From Patescibacteria group bacterium (GTDB lineage: Bacteria; Patescibacteriota; Microgenomatia; UBA8517): 64,000 nt of DNA. The first letter of the stretch is position 1. Each line of letters begins with the position of its first letter. The stretch covers positions 146,952 to 210,951 of the forward strand of contig DATDRP010000001.1 of assembly GCA_035291665.1 (NCBI GenBank), read 5' to 3'. The position numbers were made by a program, and so were the translations under genes. The notes under the pieces were generated by a model that worked only from the letters and a program-made list of their open reading frames with translations, was not told where the DNA came from and did not search any database. This document shows, piece by piece, positions 28,524-36,965 of the stretch.

Positions 28524-30332
28524 TTACTTAAGGATCTTGTTTTTTCTTCTTTCCTCAACTTCATCAAGAATAATTTTTCTGATTCTGACGCTTTTCGGTG
28601 TAACCTCAACAAGTTCCGTGTTGTCAATGTATTCTAAACTTTCTTCGAGGCTCATAGTTTTAGGGGTATTAAAATGCGCAGTCGGACCATCACCTTTTGA
28701 CCTCATGTTCGATAGTTGTTTTTCTTTACAGACATTGACACTCATGTCGCCGCTTCTTGAGTTTTTCCCGACAACCTCACCTTTATAAACTTTTACGGCA
28801 GGACCATAAAATAGTTCTCCCCTATCCTGAACATTAACAAGTCCGTAAAGACGTGTTTCTCCCGTTTCATGGGCAACAAGCGAACCTTGTTCCCTTGTTC
28901 GTTGGAATCCGTCATCCGGAAGGTAGTCAAAAAATGATGTATTTATGATTCCCAATCCTTTAGTGTCTGTTATAAATTCCGATCTGTAACCGATTAGCTC
29001 TTTTGTGGCAACTGTAAATTCCAGATGAGTTACACCTTCAAAGCTTTGCATGTTGATAAGTTTTGCATGCCGTTTACCCATCTTTTCGATGTTATTTCCG
29101 GTATATTCATCGGGTATTTCAATTTCGACGGTTTCGTAAGGGGTCAGTTTTTTACCGTTAACAATTTTATTAATAACTTGAGGTTGGGAAACCTGGAATT
29201 CAAAGCCTTCCCGTCTCATCCTTTCGATAAAAATAGCTAAATGCAGCTCTCCCCGGCCGGAAACCGTCCATGTACCGTTTTCATTATCTTCCACCCGTAA
29301 AGCCACATCTGTTTCAAGTTCTTTATACAACCGGGCTCTTATTTGGCTAGATGTTTTGAATTCACCTTCATACCCGCCAAAAGGAGAATTATTTACCATA
29401 AAAATCATCTTTACAGTCGGCTCTTCAATATCAAGAAGAGGTAAGGCAGAACCAAGTTTCGGATCGGCAATTGTTTCTCCGATTGTCACGTCGGATATTC
29501 CCGAGACGGCAACAATATCACCCGCGAATGCCTGATTAACATACTCTTTTTCTAAGCCTGTAAAAGTAGCTATTGAAGTTATTGTGCAATTTTTTACAAT
29601 CCCTTTTCGATTAATGTGCGCAATAGTCTGGCCTACGCTTATGGTACCGTTAAAAATTTTTCCGATTGCAATTCTACCTTTATAATCGTCTCTGCCTAGC
29701 GTTGTCACCCTCATCTGAAGTGGTTTGTCGGGATTTGATTGCGGACTCGGGATTGTTTTTATAATTTCATCAAAAACAGGCGTGATGTCTTTCATTGAGG
29801 TCATATCCGGCAGTATTCCCGCCAAACCATTCTTTCCGGAGGCATAGATCACCGGAAAATAAGCAGTTTCTTCATTTGAACCCAAATCAATGAATAAATC
29901 GAAAGTTTTATTTACGATCTGTGACGGGTTGGCGTCTTTCTTATCGATCTTATTGACAACAACGATGATCTTAAGTCCCATTTTTAATGCCTGTTTCAGA
30001 ACAAACCTCGTCTGAGGCATTGGACCTTCTTTTGCATCAACCAAAAGAAGAGCTCCATCAGCCATTGAAAGAACCCGTTCGACTTCTCCCCCAAAGTCAG
30101 CGTGACCCGGTGTGTCAATGATATTAATTTTGTTATTTTTATAAACGACTGAGGCGTTCTTTGAGAAAATTGTTATACCGCGTTCTCTTTCGATCTCATT
30201 TGAGTCCATAATTTGGTTTGTTTCTGAGAGCGTTTTATCCAAGTGTGTATGCGACTGGCGCAAAAGCGCATCCACAAGGGTAGTTTTACCGTGGTCGACA
30301 TGTGCAATAATAGCGACATTTTTTATATCCAT
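28524..30332 (-). CDS. typA: translational GTPase TypA/BipA
   Basis: G1 AIIAHVDHGKTTL, EF-G-like domains; start moved to MDIKNVAII (30332) from the track's 30440, whose N-extension is non-conserved. Confidence 0.9.
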   Translation of the reverse strand: MDIKNVAIIAHVDHGKTTLVDALLRQSHTHLDKTLSETNQIMDSNEIERERGITIFSKNASVVYKNNKINIIDTPGHADFGGEVERVLSMADGALLLVDAKEGPMPQTRFVLKQALKMGLKIIVVVNKIDKKDANPSQIVNKTFDLFIDLGSNEETAYFPVIYASGKNGLAGILPDMTSMKDITPVFDEIIKTIPSPQSNPDKPLQMRVTTLGRDDYKGRIAIGKIFNGTISVGQTIAHINRKGIVKNCTITSIATFTGLEKEYVNQAFAGDIVAVSGISDVTIGETIADPKLGSALPLLDIEEPTVKMIFMVNNSPFGGYEGEFKTSSQIRARLYKELETDVALRVEDNENGTWTVSGRGELHLAIFIERMRREGFEFQVSQPQVINKIVNGKKLTPYETVEIEIPDEYTGNNIEKMGKRHAKLINMQSFEGVTHLEFTVATKELIGYRSEFITDTKGLGIINTSFFDYLPDDGFQRTREQGSLVAHETGETRLYGLVNVQDRGELFYGPAVKVYKGEVVGKNSRSGDMSVNVCKEKQLSNMRSKGDGPTAHFNTPKTMSLEESLEYIDNTELVEVTPKSVRIRKIILDEVEERRKNKILK

Positions 30333-30505
30333 AATTGGAAAAGTATAGTGAAAAATTCGAATCAAAAAAAATGCCGAGCTAATCTCGGCTTGTTTTCTTA
30401 ACCTAAACGATATTTTACTCTTATTTAAGCTAATTAACAATTAAATTGGTTTTTCATAAACTCCTTTTACATATTTCACTTAATCTTGTAAAATATCACT
30501 CACTA

Positions 30506-30579
30506 GGACGGTTAGCTCAGTTGGCTAGAGCGTTTCTTTGACGTAGAAAAGGTCAGGGGTTCGAGTCCCTTACCGTCCA
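30506..30579 (+). tRNA. tRNA-Val (anticodon GAC)
   Basis: Cloverleaf folds: acceptor GGACGGT/ACCGTCC, anticodon loop TTGACGT, T-loop TTCGAGT. Confidence 0.85.
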
Positions 30580-30602
30580 CATCTCACATACGTTCGATGT
30601 GA

Positions 30603-30893
30603 ACTTGGGATTTACTGTATAATGTCAAAGAATGGTTTGTATACATCCTAAAATGCCGAGACAATACATTCTATACAGGATTAACTACAAATCTTAATCG
30701 AAGAGTTCAGCAACATACTTTAGGTGTATTTTTAAATTATACAAAATCAAGAAGACCGATTAAATTAGTATATTTTGAAATTTTTAATGATAAGCATGTT
30801 GCTGCATTACGAGAAAAACAAATAAAAAATTACAGCCAAAAGAAGAAAGGATTATTAATTTCCATGTTTACTTCGAAGATACAAAGTACCTGA
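30603..30893 (+). pseudogene. GIY-YIG nuclease family gene lacking an in-frame start (degenerate or non-canonical start)
   Basis: Open frame between tRNA-Val and tRNA-Ala translates ...EWFVYILKCRDNTFYTGLTTNLNRRVQQHTLGVFLNYTKSRRPIKLVYFEIFNDKHVAALREKQIKNY..., a clear GIY-YIG (UPF0213-like) signature. The only nearby ATG (30632) is out of frame by 1 nt. Confidence 0.55.
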
Positions 30894-30896
30894 GAA

Positions 30897-30970
30897 GGGC
30901 CTGTAGCTCAATTGGCCAGAGCACTTGGCTGGCAGTCAAGGGGTTGGGGGTTCAAATCCCCCCGGGTCCA
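30897..30970 (+). tRNA. tRNA-Ala (anticodon GGC)
   Basis: Acceptor GGGCCTG/CGGGTCC with the G3:U70 alanine identity pair; anticodon loop CTGGCAG; T-arm GGGGG-TTCAAAT-CCCCC. Confidence 0.85.
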
Positions 30971-31000
30971 CCCAGTAAGATTCATTTTAATAAGAAGAGT

Positions 31001-31279
31001 TTAGAGATTGGTGTTTATTTTCACTCTTTTTCGAAGCATATTACCGTCAGCATCAATTACGGGTTCTCCATCTTCATATACATAAGTGATTACTAATGTA
31101 TCTCTCCCATCGTTTCCCGCTCTATTTCCAGTACCATGCCCGGATTTACGGTGGCCTCTGACGTCGATAATTAATTCTGAGTCGGGATTATCTTCAATTT
31201 CTTCCAGTACTATCTTCTCTGCCGATTTAAGATAATGTTTAGCATTAGATTGTGAAAGGATCGATTCTGTTGATGTCAT
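31001..31279 (-). CDS. hypothetical protein (92 aa)
   Basis: No recognised motif; Gly/His-rich stretch RGHRKSGHGTGNRAGNDGRD; downstream of the HNH-like gene. Confidence 0.4.
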   Translation of the reverse strand: MTSTESILSQSNAKHYLKSAEKIVLEEIEDNPDSELIIDVRGHRKSGHGTGNRAGNDGRDTLVITYVYEDGEPVIDADGNMLRKRVKINTNL

Positions 31280-31312
31280 AGGCTTACAATTTTAGCGGAG
31301 AAACTGAAAAAA

Positions 31313-31759
31313 TCAAATTTCTGATAATTTTAAATCTCCGATTTTTACAACCCAATCGTATTTTGATCGTCTTTCGAACATTTTTAAAGCTTTTTGATAG
31401 TCGCTTTTGAAAAATTCTTTCCTACATTTATTGACAGTGCAATAGTGTTTTACTAATACTTCCCAGTCAATATCTCCTCTATCTGACTGGATTTTTGCAA
31501 AACCAATATGCTTGATTGCATGACAAAGCTCGCAAAGAGCGATGAATCCGGTTAAAGTTTGAGTGTGATCTTCGTCATCAAATTTCCAAATTTCATGACA
31601 TTGAAGTTTCCTCTTGGTTTTGCAAATTCCACACTGCAACTTATAAAGTTTGTATACTTTTTTACGAAGCTTATCCCACTCAGATACCCCCATCATGTTT
31701 CTAATATTATTGTTCCAAGTTGTATCAGGAAGTAGGTCGAAAGTTAATTTCATTATCAA
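31313..31759 (-). CDS. HNH-type zinc-finger nuclease-like protein
   Basis: CGICKTKRKLQCHEIW ... LCELCHAIKH: paired CxxC with His residues in HNH-like spacing. Confidence 0.45.
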   Translation of the reverse strand: MIMKLTFDLLPDTTWNNNIRNMMGVSEWDKLRKKVYKLYKLQCGICKTKRKLQCHEIWKFDDEDHTQTLTGFIALCELCHAIKHIGFAKIQSDRGDIDWEVLVKHYCTVNKCRKEFFKSDYQKALKMFERRSKYDWVVKIGDLKLSEI

Positions 31760-31804
31760 GATACTTTTATGCTTGAATTTTTAGCAAAGATTTTTACGGA
31801 AAGA

Positions 31805-32581
31805 TTACCATTTTTCATAATTATCTTCTATGAAATTGAAATGTATATTAAATTTGTTTTGAAGATGATTTCCAAGAGCAATAACTCCCCATTTTTCTGT
31901 ATTATAATGTCCTGCTGCAACGTATACGATTCCCAGTTCATTGCATAATGCGATAACTCCTTCATCAATGTTGCCCGACACATAGCAATCAATATTGTTA
32001 AATTTTGTTTCATAAAAATATTCAGATCTTGCTCCACCCCCGCTTATTACTGAAATATTATTAACACTCCTTACATTTCTTGGCCAGATTATTTCTAAAG
32101 GTTTAATATTAAGACAACTTTTTAAATATTTCTCCAATCCATATTTATCTGAAATAGCTTTGGGTAGCTTGCCGGAATAGCCAATCTTTATTCCATGATA
32201 TTCACCGAATTTTTCAACATGCTTCAGTTTAAGCAATTTAACCAATTGCGTATTATTTCCGTATATTTCATTAACATCGAGCGGAATATGATAGGAAATA
32301 TAAGAGATATTATTTTCATTTAAGAAATTTATTCTGTCTTTAAATGAATATAAAAACGGTTGGGACTCTATTTTCAAAAGTCCATGATGGGCGAGTATTA
32401 AATCTGGTTTATTTTTCAATGCTTTTTGAAATACATTAATATTGGGTGAAACAATTCCGGTTATTTTTGATATTTCACTGTTATTTGATACGAGTTCGAG
32501 ACCATTGACAAAAGATCTTTCAGGGATACTACCTTGATTCAAAATCTTATCCAGATATTTCGTTAATTTAAATATATCCAT
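31805..32581 (-). CDS. Nif3-family dinuclear-metal protein (GTP cyclohydrolase 1 type 2 homolog)
   Basis: LILAHHGLL ... YISYHIPLD ... VAAGHYNTEKWG: conserved His clusters of the NIF3/YqfO family. Confidence 0.75.
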   Translation of the reverse strand: MDIFKLTKYLDKILNQGSIPERSFVNGLELVSNNSEISKITGIVSPNINVFQKALKNKPDLILAHHGLLKIESQPFLYSFKDRINFLNENNISYISYHIPLDVNEIYGNNTQLVKLLKLKHVEKFGEYHGIKIGYSGKLPKAISDKYGLEKYLKSCLNIKPLEIIWPRNVRSVNNISVISGGGARSEYFYETKFNNIDCYVSGNIDEGVIALCNELGIVYVAAGHYNTEKWGVIALGNHLQNKFNIHFNFIEDNYEKW

Positions 32582-33810
32582 TAATTTAATAATAATACTG
32601 ATTGGTCTCTCATTGGATAACTGTTTTCAGGTTTCGCATATACAGCACTAAACTGATCAATTGATATATTACTTTTTCTTATTGCATTATCAAGGGTTCG
32701 GGTTCGATCTTCAAAAGATTGCATTACTAAAGTGCAATTGTCAATCCTTGCTCTTTCAATGATATATGCTAAAACATTTTCTCCGGTGAAATATCTTCGG
32801 TGCCCATTGTGCTTGAATAATTCGCCGACAAACTTTTTGGGCTTTACTGCCTCATCCAGCCTTTTATGATAATTTATTGGAGAAATATTACTTTTTAGTA
32901 TTTCATCAACGCATCTCGAAGTTATTTCAGTGGGTTCGTAGACAGTAAAAATATCCCAGATGTCTTCTTTTTGAATACCTTTTTCGGTTAGTAAGCGATT
33001 GAAAAAAGCATTAGGATCACTTCTTTTAATGGGTTCTTTATTATCCATTCCCAGATCCTTTTTAATAGCTGAGTAGTCTCTGTTTTCCATAGCAGAGCAA
33101 ATCATTTTATTTAATTTATTACCGGCTTCAATTAAGGTTAAAGACCCTTCAGCGTATTCGGTAAGTAACGTGTTTAGTATGTAGGTTTCAAATCTTTTTA
33201 CAATCCTATTCCTTAATTCTTTTGGAAACACTAAATCGAACGCATCTTGGTCAATTTTTTTACCAGCATATAAATTATATTTAATTTCATTTCCCGATGT
33301 ACTGGGTGGAACGGAAACAACTTTAGTTTCAATTGAATTTCTTTTAAAATGTAGATCGAGAACGTGTTGGTCAAATTCTGCAAAAGAATCTGCAAGAGAC
33401 ATTTGAGCCCTGGTTGTATTGTGATTTAGAGAAAAATTCAGATATCCCAGACTATGTATAAATTTATTAAATACCGCAGGTTTAGTCTCCACTTCGTCCG
33501 CAGGTTTTGTAAAATCTACTGAAGCGCTTTCTTCGCCAGTAATTAATTCGCAAAAACTACTTTGAATTGAATTTTGATCGCGCTCAGATAAACCGTTTGT
33601 CAGATTAATAAAATATTTTGATACAGGTACGGCCGGAATCGGAACAACGATGAATTTATTCGGTGTTCCGTAGGCTTTTATAGTGTCTACTGCACTGAAA
33701 ACATTATTAGCTGTAATTGGACCCCTGCGCGATCCAGGCACGAAATATACCGGTTTTCCTTGTATACTTTCTTTACCCCCTTCTTCAGTAAACAAATGTT
33801 CGTGTCCCAT
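32581..33810 (-). CDS. hypothetical protein (409 aa), co-directional with the aromatic operon
   Basis: No recognisable family; start codon directly preceded by a hairpin + U-tract and its own TTGACA-17-TAAAAT promoter. Confidence 0.5.
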   Translation of the reverse strand: MGHEHLFTEEGGKESIQGKPVYFVPGSRRGPITANNVFSAVDTIKAYGTPNKFIVVPIPAVPVSKYFINLTNGLSERDQNSIQSSFCELITGEESASVDFTKPADEVETKPAVFNKFIHSLGYLNFSLNHNTTRAQMSLADSFAEFDQHVLDLHFKRNSIETKVVSVPPSTSGNEIKYNLYAGKKIDQDAFDLVFPKELRNRIVKRFETYILNTLLTEYAEGSLTLIEAGNKLNKMICSAMENRDYSAIKKDLGMDNKEPIKRSDPNAFFNRLLTEKGIQKEDIWDIFTVYEPTEITSRCVDEILKSNISPINYHKRLDEAVKPKKFVGELFKHNGHRRYFTGENVLAYIIERARIDNCTLVMQSFEDRTRTLDNAIRKSNISIDQFSAVYAKPENSYPMRDQSVLLLN

Positions 33811-34001
33811 ATAACTAAAAAACCTCTCGGGTGAGAGGTTTGTTCTTTAAAAAAATGGTTTATAAAATATTTAATCCCTCACCATATTAACCCCTCCTCG
33901 AATGAGGAGGCTAATAATGCTGAGCAAAACTTGCTCAGTGGTGAGAAAAAGATTCTTCATATCTTAGCAAGTATTTTAAGCAAAATTTAGATTACTGTCA
34001 A
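33811..34001 (-). promoter_or_regulatory. promoter plus highly structured leader of the 409-aa gene
   Basis: Minus strand: TTGACA(34001..33996)-17-TAAAAT(33978..33973). Three-way structure CUCACC[CUGAGCAA-guu-UUGCUCAG][CCUCCUC-auuc-GAGGAGG]GGUGAG. Then AAACCUCUC-accc-GAGAGGUUU + U-tract ends 9 nt before the ATG and sequesters the only SD-like GAGAGG. Confidence 0.5.
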
Positions 34002-34016
34002 GAAAATGTTATAGGA

Positions 34017-35336
34017 TTATATTCTTTCTACGACAAGGAAACTGGTGTAATTTTCTTTGGCATCCTGAAGATTATCCTCAACAATTCTTAAATCATAAAT
34101 TTGAGCTAATATTTTACTTCCCATGACAGCTGTATTTTTCCCCAACGTCCTTTCTGATAGTCGTTTTGCCACAAGTGCATGGTCAACTAATTTTCCTTTT
34201 CCTGATATTCTTTTCAGATAAGGATATTTTTCATCTAATGTCCTTTGGCATTGCGCAAAAACCTGAGGATGAGACATGATTGAATCAACTTCTCCAAAAG
34301 TTGCGTCTGATCGAATCATTAGAGCATGAGATATTTTTATTGAAAATTGATCAGTTATATTAAATTTGTATTTTGACATTGCCTCAATACTTTCTCCCAC
34401 CACCCCGCCTAATGAATTATGTATAGCAAACTGACCAAGGTCTATGCTTCCTTCATGTAGTGCCTTGAGGACTGCACCGGATGTATAAAGGAATTTAATT
34501 TTATATTTTTTATCGGTTTCTCTCTCGAAATAATATTTGGCTGCTTCTTCATTAAAACTACCCCTACCTCCTTGTATACCATAAGTGACGAAGTTCTTAT
34601 TGACTGCTTTTGGAAGCAGTTTGTTATAAAGCGAATCATATTTTTCACCTATTTTTATGCGCATTTCTTTTGTATAGGAGTTGTAATTTTGTAAATTTAA
34701 AAATAATTGCATGGTGTCATTACATGTTTGATTTTTGACCTCAAGTAGTTTTTTGGTTCCAAGAGTGTCAATTTCAGAAGGTGATAAACCGAAAGAATCA
34801 AGTAGTCTTCCGATAAAATGTGTTAATCCCTGAGAATTTGCAGCTATTTTGTCGTGTTTTTGCGGAGACATCTCAATCACTTTAAGTCCCTTTTGGGTAA
34901 AGTAATTTTTCCAAAACTTGAAATTATTATTGTTAGATAAAAAACGATTTAAAACGATTGGCAGATTTGAAAATCCACCTTTACTGCTATCTGGACCAAA
35001 CATTGGATGTGTAAGGATTGCCTGTGTTTTTAATCCCTTCAAATGTTTTGTTAAAATTTTAGCCGGATGCATTTTTACAGACAGAACATCTATGAGCAAG
35101 TGATTATCTGAGAAGTATGATTTGTGGGCAGAAATAACATTCTCAAATTCATCTATAGGAACTGCAATAAATATTATTTCCGATTTATATACTTCTTTAA
35201 TATTTTCTGCAATCTTTAAACCATCCTTATGGGCAATCACTTTTTTGTCAAAGACAATTACATCAAAGTCAGATTTCAATAAACGATATAAAACCTGACC
35301 AAATCTTCCATAACCCACAATGCTTATTTTTTTCAT
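34017..35336 (-). CDS. bifunctional prephenate dehydrogenase / prephenate dehydratase (TyrA-PheA fusion, no ACT domain)
   Basis: N-terminal NAD-binding ISIVGYGRFGQ and HPMFGP (prephenate dehydrogenase). C-terminal PDT catalytic domain: TYGIQGGRGSFNEEAA, SHPQVFAQC, TSFLVV. Confidence 0.8.
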   Translation of the reverse strand: MKKISIVGYGRFGQVLYRLLKSDFDVIVFDKKVIAHKDGLKIAENIKEVYKSEIIFIAVPIDEFENVISAHKSYFSDNHLLIDVLSVKMHPAKILTKHLKGLKTQAILTHPMFGPDSSKGGFSNLPIVLNRFLSNNNNFKFWKNYFTQKGLKVIEMSPQKHDKIAANSQGLTHFIGRLLDSFGLSPSEIDTLGTKKLLEVKNQTCNDTMQLFLNLQNYNSYTKEMRIKIGEKYDSLYNKLLPKAVNKNFVTYGIQGGRGSFNEEAAKYYFERETDKKYKIKFLYTSGAVLKALHEGSIDLGQFAIHNSLGGVVGESIEAMSKYKFNITDQFSIKISHALMIRSDATFGEVDSIMSHPQVFAQCQRTLDEKYPYLKRISGKGKLVDHALVAKRLSERTLGKNTAVMGSKILAQIYDLRIVEDNLQDAKENYTSFLVVERI

Positions 35337-35626
35337 AAGTCATTAATTTCTTCTATTATCTGACTTTCAATTGTCAATGATTCCTCATGAAGTCTTTCGA
35401 AAATGTCCAAAATTAATTTCTCAGACAATCCCAATTTTCTACCAATTTCAATTCTATTTTTTATGACCTTATCCCATCTGTTTTGATCCAATGGTATTAT
35501 TTTATTCTCTTTTTTTAAAATCCCAACTTTTTTGACAAGCTCAATACGTTTCGAAATTATAGAAACTAAAGCCACGTCGTTTTCATCAATTTGAATCCGC
35601 AAATCATTTAATATTTCTCTTCCCAT
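35333..35626 (-). CDS. chorismate mutase (AroQ class)
   Basis: 97 aa; LRIQIDENDVALVSIISKRIELVKKVG...RWDKV: AroQ helical CM. Confidence 0.8.
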   Translation of the reverse strand: MGREILNDLRIQIDENDVALVSIISKRIELVKKVGILKKENKIIPLDQNRWDKVIKNRIEIGRKLGLSEKLILDIFERLHEESLTIESQIIEEINDL

Positions 35627-35629
35627 ATT

Positions 35630-36604
35630 TTAAGATAAATTTTTTTGCTCGACAAAATCGGGTGATCTTAAATTTCTGAATCTTGCCAAATCCTGAAGCA
35701 GGCACCTCAACTCGTCATGTGTTATATGTTGTTCGGAATCTGTGATAGATTCTCCGGCTTCGATTAAAAGTCCGTCATAAAGCCAATTATTACCATCTTT
35801 CATTCTCATTACTTTTATTGATTCATCAACGATTTTGTTTCTCATGTTTGGTCCACAGCTGTGGCTGGGGTCAAAAAATAATCGAGCTCCGATTACAGAT
35901 CTTTTTGTATGTCTGGCAATTTCATGGACAGGTGCACTTCGCCATTCACCTTTATCTGGTGAATCGATACCTCTGTGGATAAATATCAATCTTTCATTAT
36001 TTTGCGCAAAACTTGCCTGTCCGCTCCATTGTCTTTGAAGTGCGCTTCCACTATATTTTACAGGATCATTCGACATATCAAGAGAAATATCAAGGTTTTT
36101 AGCGTTTTTCACTCCCTGAAACCAGATGTTTCTCCTTGCATATTCTCCCATCGTAAGTTGAGCATATCCAAGACCCTCAACCGAAGGCTGCCAGATTAAG
36201 AGTTTTTCTGGTTGGATTCTTCCCTCATATTGTGGCAATTGAACACTCGGCATCATTATCTCAGTTGCAATTAGAAGTCCTGTTTCTTTGACTATTTTTA
36301 TTCCTGCCTCAACGCTCGGCGGTGGTGCAGTGGGAAGCGGGTTTTTAAGGACAATGATATTTTCTTTACATTCAAAATAATAATTAAAATCTGCCCCCAT
36401 CGGACTTTTTCCATCTAAATTAGTTCGGGATTTAAGTCCAACTACTCGTGTACCCCACAAACATGTTTGGATTTGACCTTTTATATTTCTAACCTTAATT
36501 TCCGAAAGATCATAGTATCCGGATAGATTTCTCACGAGTTCCAAATCTACCGAACATGGACCGGCTATAACTTCTGTGTCAAATTGATTTAATGATTCTG
36601 ACAT
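35630..36604 (-). CDS. 3-deoxy-7-phosphoheptulonate (DAHP) synthase, class I-beta (KDO8PS-like)
   Basis: VIAGPCSVD and FDPSHS motifs of the I-beta DAHPS/KDO8PS family; first gene of the aromatic operon. Confidence 0.8.
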   Translation of the reverse strand: MSESLNQFDTEVIAGPCSVDLELVRNLSGYYDLSEIKVRNIKGQIQTCLWGTRVVGLKSRTNLDGKSPMGADFNYYFECKENIIVLKNPLPTAPPPSVEAGIKIVKETGLLIATEIMMPSVQLPQYEGRIQPEKLLIWQPSVEGLGYAQLTMGEYARRNIWFQGVKNAKNLDISLDMSNDPVKYSGSALQRQWSGQASFAQNNERLIFIHRGIDSPDKGEWRSAPVHEIARHTKRSVIGARLFFDPSHSCGPNMRNKIVDESIKVMRMKDGNNWLYDGLLIEAGESITDSEQHITHDELRCLLQDLARFRNLRSPDFVEQKNLS

Positions 36605-36615
36605 ATTTATACATT

Positions 36616-36639
36616 AAAAAACCCCGACTATGCGGGGTT
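36616..36639 (-). terminator. attenuator terminator 2
   Basis: AACCCCG-CATAGT-CGGGGTT + T6; its 5' arm CCCCGCAT is also complementary to upstream ATGCGGGG (36670..36663). Confidence 0.7.
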
Positions 36640-36669
36640 GGTATTTTTACATAGAGAATTTTCCCCGCA

Positions 36670-36726
36670 TTAGTTAGGATAAAAATAATAAAAACTAAAC
36701 AGATTGTTTTTGTAAATATTGTTCAT
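36670..36726 (-). CDS. leader peptide 2 (MNNIYKNNLFSFYYFYPN)
   Basis: 18 codons, 7 Phe/Tyr; SD AGGAGGG 13 nt upstream; stop TAA overlaps the 5' strand of the antiterminator (TAATGCGGGG). Confidence 0.6.
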   Translation of the reverse strand: MNNIYKNNLFSFYYFYPN

Positions 36727-36840
36727 ACTTCAATAGCACCCTCCTAATTTTCACACTTGGCTTTTTGGGAACTATTCGTTCACGCCTCGTGCCAAAATTG
36801 GTCGGAGGGTTATGTACTATTTGAAAATTACAAAGTACAT

Positions 36841-36867
36841 AAAAAAACCTCCTAACTCTAGGAGGTT
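36841..36867 (-). terminator. attenuator terminator 1
   Basis: AACCTCCTA-GAGT-TAGGAGGTT followed by T7 (read on the minus strand). Confidence 0.7.
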
Positions 36868-36920
36868 GATTTTCTGGGATTTATTTAATTAAACCAAATA
36901 AACTCGCCCCCTAGGGTTTC

Positions 36921-36965
36921 TTAGGAGGTAAAGTAAAAATAAAATTTTACCGAATTTATTTTCAT
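36921..36965 (-). CDS. leader peptide 1 (MKINSVKFYFYFTS)
   Basis: 14 codons with FYFYF run; stop UAA lies inside segment 1 (ACCUCCUAAG); starts ~10 nt after the -10 box (leaderless-like). Confidence 0.5.
   Translation of the reverse strand: MKINSVKFYFYFTS

Noticed and set aside
30333-30440. Upstream extension of typA to 30440 (MLISLNKSKISFRLRKQAEISS...)
   Set aside because: Non-conserved, low-complexity extension. The canonical TypA N-terminus MDIKNVAIIAHVDHGKTT begins at 30332.
36805-36834. 7-codon mini-ORF MYFVIFK right after attenuator terminator 1
   Set aside because: It lies entirely inside a hairpin (AUGUACU...AGUACAU), has no SD, and is probably coincidental in AT-rich sequence. Mentioned only because it is also aromatic-rich.
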